A DNA stretch of 64,000 nt from an uncultured Solirubrobacterales bacterium. Its GTDB lineage: Bacteria > Actinomycetota > Thermoleophilia > Solirubrobacterales > 70-9. The notes under the pieces were generated by a model. That model did no database searches, was not told where the DNA came from, and saw only the letters and a program-made list of their open reading frames with translations. Below, piece after piece: positions 8,983 to 17,671 of the stretch; the first letter of the stretch is position 1, and every line of letters begins with the position of its first letter. A program made the translations under genes and the position numbers. The stretch lies in NCBI GenBank assembly GCA_963748075.1, contig CAVVHQ010000044.1, positions 14,631 to 78,630 on the forward strand, in the 5' to 3' direction.

Positions 8983-9534
8983 CTAGAGGTCGAGCGTGAC
9001 CGCGGCCGGCCCCTCGGGCCCGGGAATCGAGAGGATCAGCGGCCGGTTCTCCGAGGCGGCGGCGGGCAGCCGGAAGAGGACCAGCGAGCCCTCGATCGGG
9101 CCCTGCTGGGGAGTCGAGTCGAGCACCGGCACCTGTTCCTGCGGTTCGACTTCGCCGCCGAAGGGCAGCGCGTAGAGGCTTTCGCTGGGGATCGCCTCGA
9201 AGGCCGTCTGGTCGGCATCGGTGATGGCCAGCGAGTCGGGTAGCCGGTGCGGCGATTCGTCCTCGTTCTGGACTTCGAGGAAGACGCCGAAGTAGGCGGA
9301 GCCGGGGGGCGGCGGCGGCTGGCCGGCCAGGTAGGCGGAGTCCTCGTTGTCGTTGGGGTTGAGGAAGCGGGAGAAGACGACGTTGTACTGGAGCTCGCCC
9401 AGCTTCACCGGCTCGCCCTCGGCCACGTCCTTGGAGTCGCTCGACCAGCCGCAGGCGGCGAGCGCGACCGCCGTGACGGCGAGCGCCAGAGCGGCGAGCA
9501 GCGGCAGCGCGAGGTCGGGTCGGCGGCGGCTCAT
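8983..9534 (-). CDS. Lipoprotein of unknown function
   Basis: 183 aa with a signal peptide and lipobox (ALAAC). The mature part looks beta-rich. Confidence 0.6.
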   Translation of the reverse strand: MSRRRPDLALPLLAALALAVTAVALAACGWSSDSKDVAEGEPVKLGELQYNVVFSRFLNPNDNEDSAYLAGQPPPPPGSAYFGVFLEVQNEDESPHRLPDSLAITDADQTAFEAIPSESLYALPFGGEVEPQEQVPVLDSTPQQGPIEGSLVLFRLPAAASENRPLILSIPGPEGPAAVTLDL

Positions 9535-9851
9535 CGGCGGCGTGAGTCTATTGAGACTCGAGCTGGTCGCGCGGCCTGCGCAGTCCTGCGGGAAACCCCC
9601 GATGCCGCAAGTTTGCGAGGAACGATACGATTGCCAGTGCGGAGGGTGCCGGAAGGAGTAGAGCCATCCCCACCAGTCTTACCCCCAGTAGCCCATCCTC
9701 ACCCAGCTACACGACCGGGACGGTTCCCGGTCCCGGAACGTACTTTTGCCTCGACTGCGGATCGCAGCTGTCGCTTCGCGAGAACGACTGTCTGCCTCAG
9801 TGCCCGCGCTGCGAAGGCTCGAGCTTCCGGCTCGACTCGATCTTCGAGTCG

Positions 9852-10241
9852 ATGCAGGAACACGGCGAGACGACAGCCGAGTTCGCGATTCCGGCCGAGC
9901 TGACGACGCCGGGCTGGCTGGACGACGCCCGGGCCGGGCTCGACCCCGGCAGCCGTAGCCTCGTCTGGCGCGACGACGACGGCAAGGTCCGGGTCCTCGA
10001 GGTGAAGCGCGGCTGGACGCGGATCGGCCGCAGCGTCACCGCCGACATGCGCCTCGACGACCCCAGCGTCTCCCGCCGCCACGCGCTGATCGTCTCCGAA
10101 CCGGAAGAGTCGCTGCGTGTCCTCGACGATCGCAGCCTGAACGGCGTCTTCGTCAACGGCGAGCTGATCGAGTGGGGCAAGCTGGAGGACGGAGACGAGC
10201 TGACCGTCGGCCGCTACCACCTCTTCGTTCTCGCGGCCTGA
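9852..10241 (+). CDS. FHA-domain protein; the coding region very probably extends upstream to about 9666 to include a zinc ribbon
   Basis: The FHA signature is RIGRSVTADMRLDDPSVSRRHALI...NGVFVNG. The same frame is open from 9555 and encodes TYFCLDCGSQLSLRENDCLPQCPRCEGSSF (9738-9827). No ATG, GTG or TTG occurs in that frame before 9852. Confidence 0.7.
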   Translation: MQEHGETTAEFAIPAELTTPGWLDDARAGLDPGSRSLVWRDDDGKVRVLEVKRGWTRIGRSVTADMRLDDPSVSRRHALIVSEPEESLRVLDDRSLNGVFVNGELIEWGKLEDGDELTVGRYHLFVLAA

Positions 10242-10339
10242 GGCGCTCCGGTGCGCCTCATGCACCCACAGCGCAGATAGGGCGCACCGGAGCTGGAGCT
10301 GCGCGGGTTCCGGCCACCGGCCCCCGTAGCATTCTCTCC

Positions 10340-10723
10340 GTGGACTCCGCCCACGATCCCTCCGTCGCCGCCGAGCAGGCCCGCGCCCGCCTGCACGAAG
10401 AGATCGAGCGCGTCCGGGTCGGAGTCGAGGACATGCTCGCCGAGCAGGAGAACGGCGACGCCGGTCTGCAACGGGAGCTGGACGCGATCCGCAAGGAGAC
10501 CCGCCGCTACGTCAAGCGCCGTGTCCGCAAGAGTGAGAAGAGAACCGACAAGCGGCTCCGCAGGCTGGACGGTCGCACCGACGAGCTGGAGCGCCGCCTC
10601 GAGGCCTTCGAGCAGGACCGCAAGTACGCCGAGTGGCGCATCCACACCAACATGGAGCAGATGCTTGACGGCCTGCTCGGCGAGGTTCGCGCAATCGCCG
10701 ATCTGCTCACCAGGACCCGATAG
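10340..10723 (+). CDS. Coiled-coil hypothetical protein
   Basis: This is the C-terminal part of ORF 10172-10723 and is Glu/Arg-rich heptad-like sequence (LHEEIERVRVGVEDMLAEQ...). I placed the start at the first GTG beyond the FHA gene; the start is uncertain. Confidence 0.45.
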   Translation: MDSAHDPSVAAEQARARLHEEIERVRVGVEDMLAEQENGDAGLQRELDAIRKETRRYVKRRVRKSEKRTDKRLRRLDGRTDELERRLEAFEQDRKYAEWRIHTNMEQMLDGLLGEVRAIADLLTRTR

Positions 10724-10728
10724 CGCTG

Positions 10729-10832
10729 GGAAGGGGCGGGGCGCCCCTCCTTCGGAACCCGCGCCCGCACTGGGCGAGGGACCGGGGCTTGGCTGCTCAC
10801 AAGTTCCGCTGGAGGGGCGCCCCGCCCCTTCC
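10729..10832. terminator. 104-nt near-perfect long hairpin between convergent genes (probable bidirectional terminator or palindromic element)
   Basis: GGAAGGGGCGGGGCGCCCCTCC (10729-10750) is the exact reverse complement of GGAGGGGCGCCCCGCCCCTTCC (10811-10832). The stem extends through CGGAAC / GTTCCG. Each arm also self-folds (GGGGCG-GGG-CGCCCC). Confidence 0.6.
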
Positions 10833-10836
10833 ACGG

Positions 10837-13800
10837 CTACTCGGTCGAGATGCTCGGGTCCGCCTGGACCTTGTGGGGGACGATCATCAGGAAGCTGTCG
10901 CCGGGGGCGGCGGCGAGCGAGCGAATCCGCGCCGCCTCCTCGGCTTGATCCGTTGCGTCGAGCTCGGTCGCGTAGTGGGAGAGCAGCTCCTCCACGTCGA
11001 GCAGCCCCTCCGGATCGAGGTCCTTCAGCTCCACTTTGGCGCCCTCGCCGAGCCGCTGCTCGATCGCCTCCCGGTCGATGCCGAAGGCGTTGTGGCGGAC
11101 GTAGACGCGGCCCCCGGTCATCCCGGCGCAGGCCCAGGGACCGATGTCCCCGAGCACCACCGCGCGACCCGAGGTCATGTACTCGAAGGCGAACCCCTTG
11201 GCGTTGGCGCGGTCGACCAGGCAGCCGCGGCTGTCGTCGATCGGCGTCTCGGGCTCGCCGCCCAACACCACGTCGGCGCCGGAGAGGCGGATGCAGAATC
11301 GCGAGTCGGCCGAGCCCTGGACGAAGAGGCGGCCACGCTGGGCGCCGTAGGCGAACGACTTGCCGACCGAGCCGTTCAGCCGGCGGCCCCTGGCCCCCTT
11401 GCCCTTCAGCACGGCGACCGTGCCCCCCAGCATCGTCTTGCCGACGCCGTCCTGGGCGCCGCCCTCGACCCGGATCGAGACGCCGTAGGAGTTGAAGGCG
11501 CCGAGGCCCTGACCGGCGACCGAGCCGCCGTTGAACTCGAGGTCGGCGAGCACGTCCTCGCCCGGCTCCGGGCCGTCGTCGAAGATGCGGGCGCGGGCGA
11601 TCGCCCCGGCCAGCTCGGTGCCGAGCACCCGGTCGCCCGCGTCGGTGGCGCGCGGGAACTCGCTGCGCACCGCATGCCCCGAGCAGACCTCGCCGGCCAG
11701 GGCGCCGATCTGGGCCGAGGCGGCCTTGGCCTCCATGCGGATCGGGCGGGCGACGACGAGGCCCGCTTCGGCGCGCTGCTCGGCGATCTCCCCGGTGACC
11801 GGCAGATCGAGCGGCTCGAGGTCGAGGAACTCCTCCAGCGGGGTGATCAACGGCGCCAGGTCGATCCGCTCGTGGTGGGAGATCTGCTCGAGCAGGTCGT
11901 AGCGCCCGACCAGGTCCTGGGCGCGCTCGTAGCCGAGCGAGGCGACGACCTGCTTGACCTCCTCGCCCATCGCCGCGAAGAAGCGGGCGCAGCTCTCCGC
12001 CGCCCGGTCGACCTCCTGCGGGGTGAACTTCTTCAGGCCGTGCTCCTGGGCCTGCTCGGTCGTCTCGATCTGGGTGGCGATGCCGACGTGGCAGGTGTCG
12101 AGCTGGCAGCCGCGGCAGATCGTGCAGCCGAGGCTGACCATCGCCAGGGTGCCGAAGCCGATCCGGTTGGCGCCCAGGCAGTGCAGCTTGACGATGTCGT
12201 GGCCGGTGCGGTAGCCGCCGTCGGCCCAGATCTCGACCCGGTTGCGCAGGCCCGCCTCCATCAGCGCCCGGTGCACGGCCCGGGTGCCGATGTCCGACGG
12301 CAGGCCAACGTGGCGCAGGGCGTGCTGGCGGGCGGCGCCGGTGCCGCCCTCGAAACCCGAGAGGGTGATGATGTCGGCGCCCGCCTTGGCGATGCCGAGG
12401 CCGATCGTGCCGATGTTCGGCACCACCGGCACCTTGACCGAGACCCGCACGTCGGGGTTGACCGTCTTCAGCTCGTCGATCAGCTCGGCCAGGTCCTCGA
12501 TCGAGTAGAGGTCGTGGTTGTTGGAGGGCGAGATCAGGTCGGTGCCGGGCGAGGCGTTACGCGCGGCGGCGACCTTCTCGGAGACCTTCTTGCCGGGCAG
12601 GTGGCCGCCCTCGCCGGGCTTCGCCCCCTGGCCGATCTTGATCTCGGCGACGTAGGAGGAGTTGATCATCTCGGCCGATACGCCGAAGCGACCGGAGGCG
12701 ACCTGCTGGCCGCGCCACTTGCGGTAGTGCCCGTACATGTCGCGGATCTCACCGCCCTCGCCGTTGACACAGAGGACGTTGATCGCCTTCGCCGCCTCCG
12801 CGTAGGCCCGGAAGGCCGGCTCGGACTGCGAGCCGAAGCTCATCGAGGAGATCACCACCGGGTAGTCGTGGTGGCCGACGCCGGCGTCCACCGCCGCCGG
12901 GTCGAGCGGCTCGCGGTCGCCCTTCAGGTCCATGATGTGGCGCATCGAGATCGGGCTCTGGCGCTCCAGGTCGCGCACCTTCTCGGAGTACTCCTCGTAG
13001 GAGCCGGAGCCATTGGCGGTGGCGATCGCCGCCTTGTAGACCTTCGGGTAGAAGCGGAACGTCTTCGCCGGTTTCGCGCCCTCGTCGCCGCTCAGCGCCT
13101 GCGCCCGCTCGTTCGTTTCCTCGTCGAGCGCGTCGAAGCCGACCCCGCCCCGCTCGGAGGCGGCGAAGGCCTCGGTCTGGAAGATCTCGGCCAGCTCGGG
13201 CCGCACGCCGATCGAGGAGAACTGGCGCGCGTAGCCGCGCACCTCGTGGATTCCGATCGTCGAGATCACTTTCTCGATCCCCTTGCCGAGCGCCGCGCAG
13301 AGGTTGGCGATGTCGGCCTGGTAGTCCTCGACGCAGATCACCTCGACCATCGTGTAGGGGCAGACCCCGTTGGCGCCGAGGCCGAGCGCCAGCATCGTGT
13401 CGTGGACGTTGCGGATCGCGGCGGAGCGCAGCACGATGCCGCAGCGGCGGCGCAGGTTCTCCTCGCCCGGCTCGACCCGGAACTGCTTCAGCGCCTGGTC
13501 GACCGCCGAGGTCGCCAGGTGCGGGTCGAGGAAGCGGCGCTCGGCGTCGTAGACGGTGCGGTCGGTCAGCACCAGCAGCTCGGCGCCGTCGCGCACCTTC
13601 TTCACCGCCTCCTGCTTGATCCGTTCGATCGCGCCCCTGTTCGTCTCCGACTCGAGCAGCGAGACGTCGACCGCGCCGGCCCGGCCCCTGAACTCCTCCC
13701 AGAGGTCCTCGAGCAGGTAGGTGCGCTGCTCGCGGGCGATGCGGCGATAGCTCTTGTCGGAGAGCGGCGCCATCCCGTGGTGGCCGCCGAGGATCACCGG

Positions 13801-15504
13801 AAAGGCGGTCTCGACGGTGCCGGTGTCCTCGCCGGCGGCGTCGAGCGAGGGGCGGCGCCCGAACACGGCCCGGGTCGAGAAGTGCTCGACCTCGCGCTCG
13901 CGGTCGATCGCCGGGTTGGTGACCACGGCGACCGTCTCCTTGAAGTAGTCGGCGAGGTTCTGGCGCTCCGGCGAGAGCGCCGCCAGCGGCCCGTCGTAGC
14001 CGAGCGAGCCGATCGGCTCGGCGCCGTTGGAGGCCATCTGCTGGACCAGTTTGACGTCGTCGCGCTGCCAGCCGAAGCCGGCGAGGACGCGGTCGGCGAC
14101 CTTGACCGGCTCTTCCGGGCCGGCGTCGGAGTAGCCGGGCACGTCGCCGCCCTCCAGCGGCCCGCCGGCCTCCAGCCCGCGGTCGTAGGGGGCCGCCTCG
14201 GCGACGCCGTTGCGGGCCAGCCAGCGGTCGCGGACGATGCCGAGCATCTCGTCGTGCGGGCGCAGGGTCGAGCGCCTTGCCCCGCGGTCGATCTCCACCA
14301 GCGCCTTCTCGCCGGGGGCGAGCGGCTTCGGCTCGGCGACCAGCTCGGCGACCGCGACGACGCCGGGCTCGGAGCTGAAGACGTAGTCCTCGCTCGTCTC
14401 GAGCTGCCAGAGGGGGCGCAGCCCGAGCGCGTCGGCGGAGAAGACGCACTCGTCGCTGTGGCGGGCGATCAGCGCCACCGGTCCCTGCGCGAACGGGCCC
14501 ATCGCCTGCCGCAGGTACATGTAGAAGCGGTGCAGCTCCTCGGGCAGGGCGCGGATCTCGTTGACGATCGGCGGCACGACCATCTCCATCGCCTCGGCGA
14601 GGCTGAGCCCGCCGCGGTTGACCAGGGTGTTGATCGTCCGGTTGAGGTCCTGCGAATCCGACGACCCCGGCCGGATCGGCACGCCGAGCATCCGCGCCTC
14701 CTGGCGCAGCTGCTCGATCGTGTTGATCTCGCCGTTGTGGCCGAGCACCGCGAAGGGCTGCACCCGCTTGAAGGAGGGCCAGGTGTTGGTCGAGTAGCGG
14801 TTGTGGCCGAAGCAGCCGATCGTCTCGAAACGATCGTCGCGCAGGTCGGGGTAGTACTCGCCGAGCACCTGCGGCGCCCCCATCACCTTGTAGACGCAGG
14901 TCGTCGCCGAGAGCGACGGGATGTGGACGTCGAGCCTCTCCTCCAACTCGATCAGGAGGTCGAACAGGACGCGGTCGCGGCGCGAGGCGTCGGCGACGAG
15001 GCCGGCGACCTGCCAGAAGTGCGGCTCCTCCTCGCGCGCGGTCGGGCCGAGCGCCGGCGAGTCGACGACGCCGATCCGCTCGGCGAGGATGCGGAAGCCG
15101 CCCCGACCGAGCAGCTCGCGGGCGTCGTGCTGGACGCGCTCGCGATCCTGGGAGCGCTCGATGAAGAAATGAGCGACGGCGAAGGCGTCGTCGAGGGTCA
15201 GCGAGGGGTCGTGTCCGCCGGCGCGGACCTCCTCGGCCCAGATCTTGCGCGGGATGTCGACCAGCACGCCGCAGCCGTCCCCCTCGCCGTCGACGTTGCC
15301 GGCGCGGTGGAGCATCTTCTGCAGCGCCGCGATCGCCCGCTCGAGCGGTTCGTGGCTCGGCGTCGCGTCCTTGCGGACCGACGCGTAGATCGCGCAGGCG
15401 TCCTTGTCCTCGACGCTCGGCGGTGGGACAAGCGGCCGGTAGGGAAGCTCAGGCGAGTAGCGCTTGGCCTTCCCCCGAGGACGTGACTGGTGCAGCTCAG
15501 ACAA
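10837..15504 (-). CDS. gltB: Glutamate synthase large subunit
   Basis: 1555 aa with a TTG start and GGAGG 5 nt upstream. It has an amidotransferase N-terminus (CGVLVDIP), an FMN domain (LSGFEGGTGAARQHALRHVGLP) and a C-terminal GXGXG-type repeat domain. No gltD gene is adjacent. Confidence 0.9.
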   Translation of the reverse strand: MSELHQSRPRGKAKRYSPELPYRPLVPPPSVEDKDACAIYASVRKDATPSHEPLERAIAALQKMLHRAGNVDGEGDGCGVLVDIPRKIWAEEVRAGGHDPSLTLDDAFAVAHFFIERSQDRERVQHDARELLGRGGFRILAERIGVVDSPALGPTAREEEPHFWQVAGLVADASRRDRVLFDLLIELEERLDVHIPSLSATTCVYKVMGAPQVLGEYYPDLRDDRFETIGCFGHNRYSTNTWPSFKRVQPFAVLGHNGEINTIEQLRQEARMLGVPIRPGSSDSQDLNRTINTLVNRGGLSLAEAMEMVVPPIVNEIRALPEELHRFYMYLRQAMGPFAQGPVALIARHSDECVFSADALGLRPLWQLETSEDYVFSSEPGVVAVAELVAEPKPLAPGEKALVEIDRGARRSTLRPHDEMLGIVRDRWLARNGVAEAAPYDRGLEAGGPLEGGDVPGYSDAGPEEPVKVADRVLAGFGWQRDDVKLVQQMASNGAEPIGSLGYDGPLAALSPERQNLADYFKETVAVVTNPAIDREREVEHFSTRAVFGRRPSLDAAGEDTGTVETAFPVILGGHHGMAPLSDKSYRRIAREQRTYLLEDLWEEFRGRAGAVDVSLLESETNRGAIERIKQEAVKKVRDGAELLVLTDRTVYDAERRFLDPHLATSAVDQALKQFRVEPGEENLRRRCGIVLRSAAIRNVHDTMLALGLGANGVCPYTMVEVICVEDYQADIANLCAALGKGIEKVISTIGIHEVRGYARQFSSIGVRPELAEIFQTEAFAASERGGVGFDALDEETNERAQALSGDEGAKPAKTFRFYPKVYKAAIATANGSGSYEEYSEKVRDLERQSPISMRHIMDLKGDREPLDPAAVDAGVGHHDYPVVISSMSFGSQSEPAFRAYAEAAKAINVLCVNGEGGEIRDMYGHYRKWRGQQVASGRFGVSAEMINSSYVAEIKIGQGAKPGEGGHLPGKKVSEKVAAARNASPGTDLISPSNNHDLYSIEDLAELIDELKTVNPDVRVSVKVPVVPNIGTIGLGIAKAGADIITLSGFEGGTGAARQHALRHVGLPSDIGTRAVHRALMEAGLRNRVEIWADGGYRTGHDIVKLHCLGANRIGFGTLAMVSLGCTICRGCQLDTCHVGIATQIETTEQAQEHGLKKFTPQEVDRAAESCARFFAAMGEEVKQVVASLGYERAQDLVGRYDLLEQISHHERIDLAPLITPLEEFLDLEPLDLPVTGEIAEQRAEAGLVVARPIRMEAKAASAQIGALAGEVCSGHAVRSEFPRATDAGDRVLGTELAGAIARARIFDDGPEPGEDVLADLEFNGGSVAGQGLGAFNSYGVSIRVEGGAQDGVGKTMLGGTVAVLKGKGARGRRLNGSVGKSFAYGAQRGRLFVQGSADSRFCIRLSGADVVLGGEPETPIDDSRGCLVDRANAKGFAFEYMTSGRAVVLGDIGPWACAGMTGGRVYVRHNAFGIDREAIEQRLGEGAKVELKDLDPEGLLDVEELLSHYATELDATDQAEEAARIRSLAAAPGDSFLMIVPHKVQADPSISTE

Positions 15505-15566
15505 ATTGACCTCCCGGTTTCCACGCCTTCTCCGAGCGGGCGCGCGACGGGTTGACGAGTCGCCGG

Positions 15567-15595
15567 ATTATAGAGCCGGCCGGCCCGCCGATCCA
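15567..15595 (-). promoter_or_regulatory. Candidate sigma-70-type promoter of gltB
   Basis: On the minus strand TGGATC, 17 nt, then TATAAT (a perfect -10 at 15572-15567). It lies about 65 nt upstream of the gltB start. Confidence 0.4.
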
Positions 15596-15642
15596 GCGAA
15601 TGCACCTTTTGCCCCCATATGCGGGGGTAAAGGGTTCAGCCG

Positions 15643-16018
15643 TCAGGCGAACGAGGCCGGCTCGTATTCGCCGCTCGGGTCGACGCCGATCAGCAGCGCG
15701 GTCACCGGGCTCTCGGAGCGGTTGAGGATCGTCCGGCTGACCTGCGGTTCGATCGAGGCGAAGGTGCCGGCCGGCGCCGGATGATCGCTCGCCGCCGAGC
15801 CGCATCACCGCCTCGCCCTCGAGGATCACGTATAGCTCGACCTGGCCGCTTCCGGACTCGTCGTGCTCGGGGGTCGCCCCGCCCGGACCGATCTCGACCA
15901 GGTTGAAGCCGAAGGCCGAGGTGCCGAGCGCCTTGCGGGCCAGCCGCCAGGTCGAGCTCCCCGACCCCTCCATCGTCTCGAACTCGTCGCGGTGCTTGAT
16001 CGTGTAGCCGGCGATCAT
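15643..16018 (-). pseudogene. Cupin-domain protein with an apparent 1-nt frameshift near 15770-15790
   Basis: The N-terminal frame reads MIAGYTIKHRDEFETMEGSGSSTWRLARKALGTSAFGFNLVEIGPGGATPEHDESGSGQVELYVILEGEAVMRLGGE. The cupin beta-strands continue only in another frame (GTFASIEPQVSRTILNRSESPVTALLIGVDPSGEYEPASFA, stop 15643-15645). The total length of 376 nt is not a multiple of 3. Confidence 0.65.
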
Positions 16019-16022
16019 CGGC

Positions 16023-16316
16023 TCAGGCGGCGATCGGCGCCCCAACCTCGAGCTCGACCACGCGATCGGGCGCGGCGAGGGCTGCCTGCGCGGCAGCGAG
16101 GAGGGCGGCGCCGTCAAGGCCATACCGCTCGGCGGCAACCTCGAGCAGATCTAGATGCCTGGCCGGATAGAGCAGCTCCACGTTGACGGCACGCCCAGTG
16201 ACGATGCCGACATTGCAGTAGTCGTCATCGACCTGCTCTTGGTCGTCAAAGCGCTCGACCCTCCGCAGTTCGATTGAGAGGGCGTCGGCCTCGCTGTCGT
16301 AGTCGGCTCGCATCAT
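16023..16316 (-). CDS. DUF2283-family protein (putative antitoxin partner)
   Basis: 97 aa with a YDSEADALSIEL N-terminal signature. It overlaps the upstream DUF4258 gene by 4 nt. Confidence 0.6.
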   Translation of the reverse strand: MMRADYDSEADALSIELRRVERFDDQEQVDDDYCNVGIVTGRAVNVELLYPARHLDLLEVAAERYGLDGAALLAAAQAALAAPDRVVELEVGAPIAA

Positions 16317-16525
16317 CGTCTCCTTTCGTGGATTGTGACGATCAGGTCCGGCTCGTCAAGCGCGACCACCACGCGCACCCGAACGCCCCGGATCTCCCCG
16401 GTGTATCGCGGCTTTCCCTCTCCGTCGCGATCGACTCGCATTGGACAAGCGATCACCCGTTCCGCGTCGGCGACACTCGCCCCCAGCTGCCGGGCCTGAT
16501 TCTTGGCATGTCGCGTAAAGCGCAC
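16313..16525 (-). CDS. DUF4258-family small protein (putative RNase-type toxin)
   Basis: 70 aa, MRFTRHAKNQARQLGASVADAERVI..., the pattern typical of DUF4258. GC content is locally lower. Confidence 0.55.
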   Translation of the reverse strand: MRFTRHAKNQARQLGASVADAERVIACPMRVDRDGEGKPRYTGEIRGVRVRVVVALDEPDLIVTIHERRR

Positions 16526-16563
16526 GCCATCTCAAGGTCGCGGCGCCGAAAACTCTCCCCCGC

Positions 16564-17634
16564 TCAGCGGCTCCAGTCGGGTTCGAAGGCGTTCTTGGCG
16601 AGGATCTTCTGGCGGCCGCCGCCGTAGGGGATGCGGACCACGTTGTGGCCCGGCTGCGGTTCGAAGCCGCCGGTGGAGCCGAGCACGAACTGGCCGTTCG
16701 CCGAGAGCGCGGTGCCGACGACGCCCTGCTCGGTCGCTTCGACCAGCGGGCGCTGGGCGCCGGTGCGGGCGTTGACCGTGACCGCGTAGGTCAGGTCCTG
16801 GCCCTCGAACTGGGCGAGCAGGCGGCGGCCGTTGGCCGACAGCGCGGTCGGGTAGAGGCCCTGCACCAGGGGGCCAACCTTCGTGTGGGTGAGGCGCCGC
16901 ACGCTATGGCCCGCCGGGTTCATTAGGTACAGCTCGTTCTTCGGGCCGTAGCGCCGCTTCTTGGCGCCGAGCTGCTTGACGAAGACGATCTTGCCGTCCG
17001 GGCCCCAGAGCGGGTTCGTGGAACGGTGGTCCTTGGTGATCCGGGTTGGCGCGCCGCCGCTCACAGCGGCACGGAAGACGTCGCTGCGCGGTGGGTACCT
17101 TTCGCTGCCCGACCTCGCGTAGACGAGCTGCCCACCTTCGGGCGCGAAGCTGAACCCGTAGAAGTGGCCCCTGGCGACGGTGCGCTGAGCGCCGCTCGCA
17201 ACGTCGATCAACACGAGGCGGAGGCTGCCGATGCTCGGACCGCGCAAGGCTGCGATCGTCGTCGAGTCCGGCGACCAGGCGAGGTAGAAGGGTTCGCGCC
17301 AGCCGACCATCAACGTCCGCGGCGCCCCGCCGCCGGCCGACGCCACGAGCAGTTCTTCGCGCGTGCCCTTCGAGTTGCCCGAGCGCCGGAAGGCGACCTG
17401 CTGACCGTCCGGGGAGACGTGGGGGCTACCGCCGGAGGCGAGCCGGTGCGCGCCCTTGCCGTTGTCGGCGGCGACCCAGACCACCGGGTGCAGCGGCTTG
17501 CGGACAAACGTCAGGGTCGCCTCTGCGGTCGCGGGCGCGGTGATCGCCGCAAGCCCGACCACGACGGCAAGAGTCCATCTCCGCGGGAGCCTCACGCCGA
17601 GCATCATAGGACGTGCCGGCGCCTTGAGGCCCAT
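16564..17634 (-). CDS. Secreted TolB-like beta-propeller (PD40 repeat) protein
   Basis: PD40-like motifs repeat (SPDGQQVAFRR, WSPDSTTIAAL, FAPEGGQLVYAR, WGPDGKIVFV). A signal peptide MMLGVRLPRRWTLAVVVGLAAITAPATAEA is present. The start could be 17634, 17607 or 17604. Confidence 0.65.
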   Translation of the reverse strand: MGLKAPARPMMLGVRLPRRWTLAVVVGLAAITAPATAEATLTFVRKPLHPVVWVAADNGKGAHRLASGGSPHVSPDGQQVAFRRSGNSKGTREELLVASAGGGAPRTLMVGWREPFYLAWSPDSTTIAALRGPSIGSLRLVLIDVASGAQRTVARGHFYGFSFAPEGGQLVYARSGSERYPPRSDVFRAAVSGGAPTRITKDHRSTNPLWGPDGKIVFVKQLGAKKRRYGPKNELYLMNPAGHSVRRLTHTKVGPLVQGLYPTALSANGRRLLAQFEGQDLTYAVTVNARTGAQRPLVEATEQGVVGTALSANGQFVLGSTGGFEPQPGHNVVRIPYGGGRQKILAKNAFEPDWSR

Positions 17635-17671
17635 ATGGGCATTGAATCGACGGCACGTACACGCCACGCCG

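Noticed and set aside
10789-15486. A 1565-aa ORF on the plus strand, exactly antisense to gltB. Similar giant shadow ORFs include 31669-34353 (-), 42661-45936 (+), 5398-7077 (+), 28164-29681 (-), 41011-42480 (-) and 62226-63848 (+).
   Set aside because: Their translations are Arg/Ala/Gly/Pro-rich low-complexity sequence with no motifs. Each lies opposite, or out of frame with, an ORF carrying clear family signatures. Stop-poor alternative frames are expected at about 70% GC.
16640-16680. A tRNA T-arm-like GCGGTTCGAAGCCGCC sequence.
   Set aside because: It lies inside the TolB-like CDS, has no matching acceptor, D or anticodon arms, and the stem has a mismatch.
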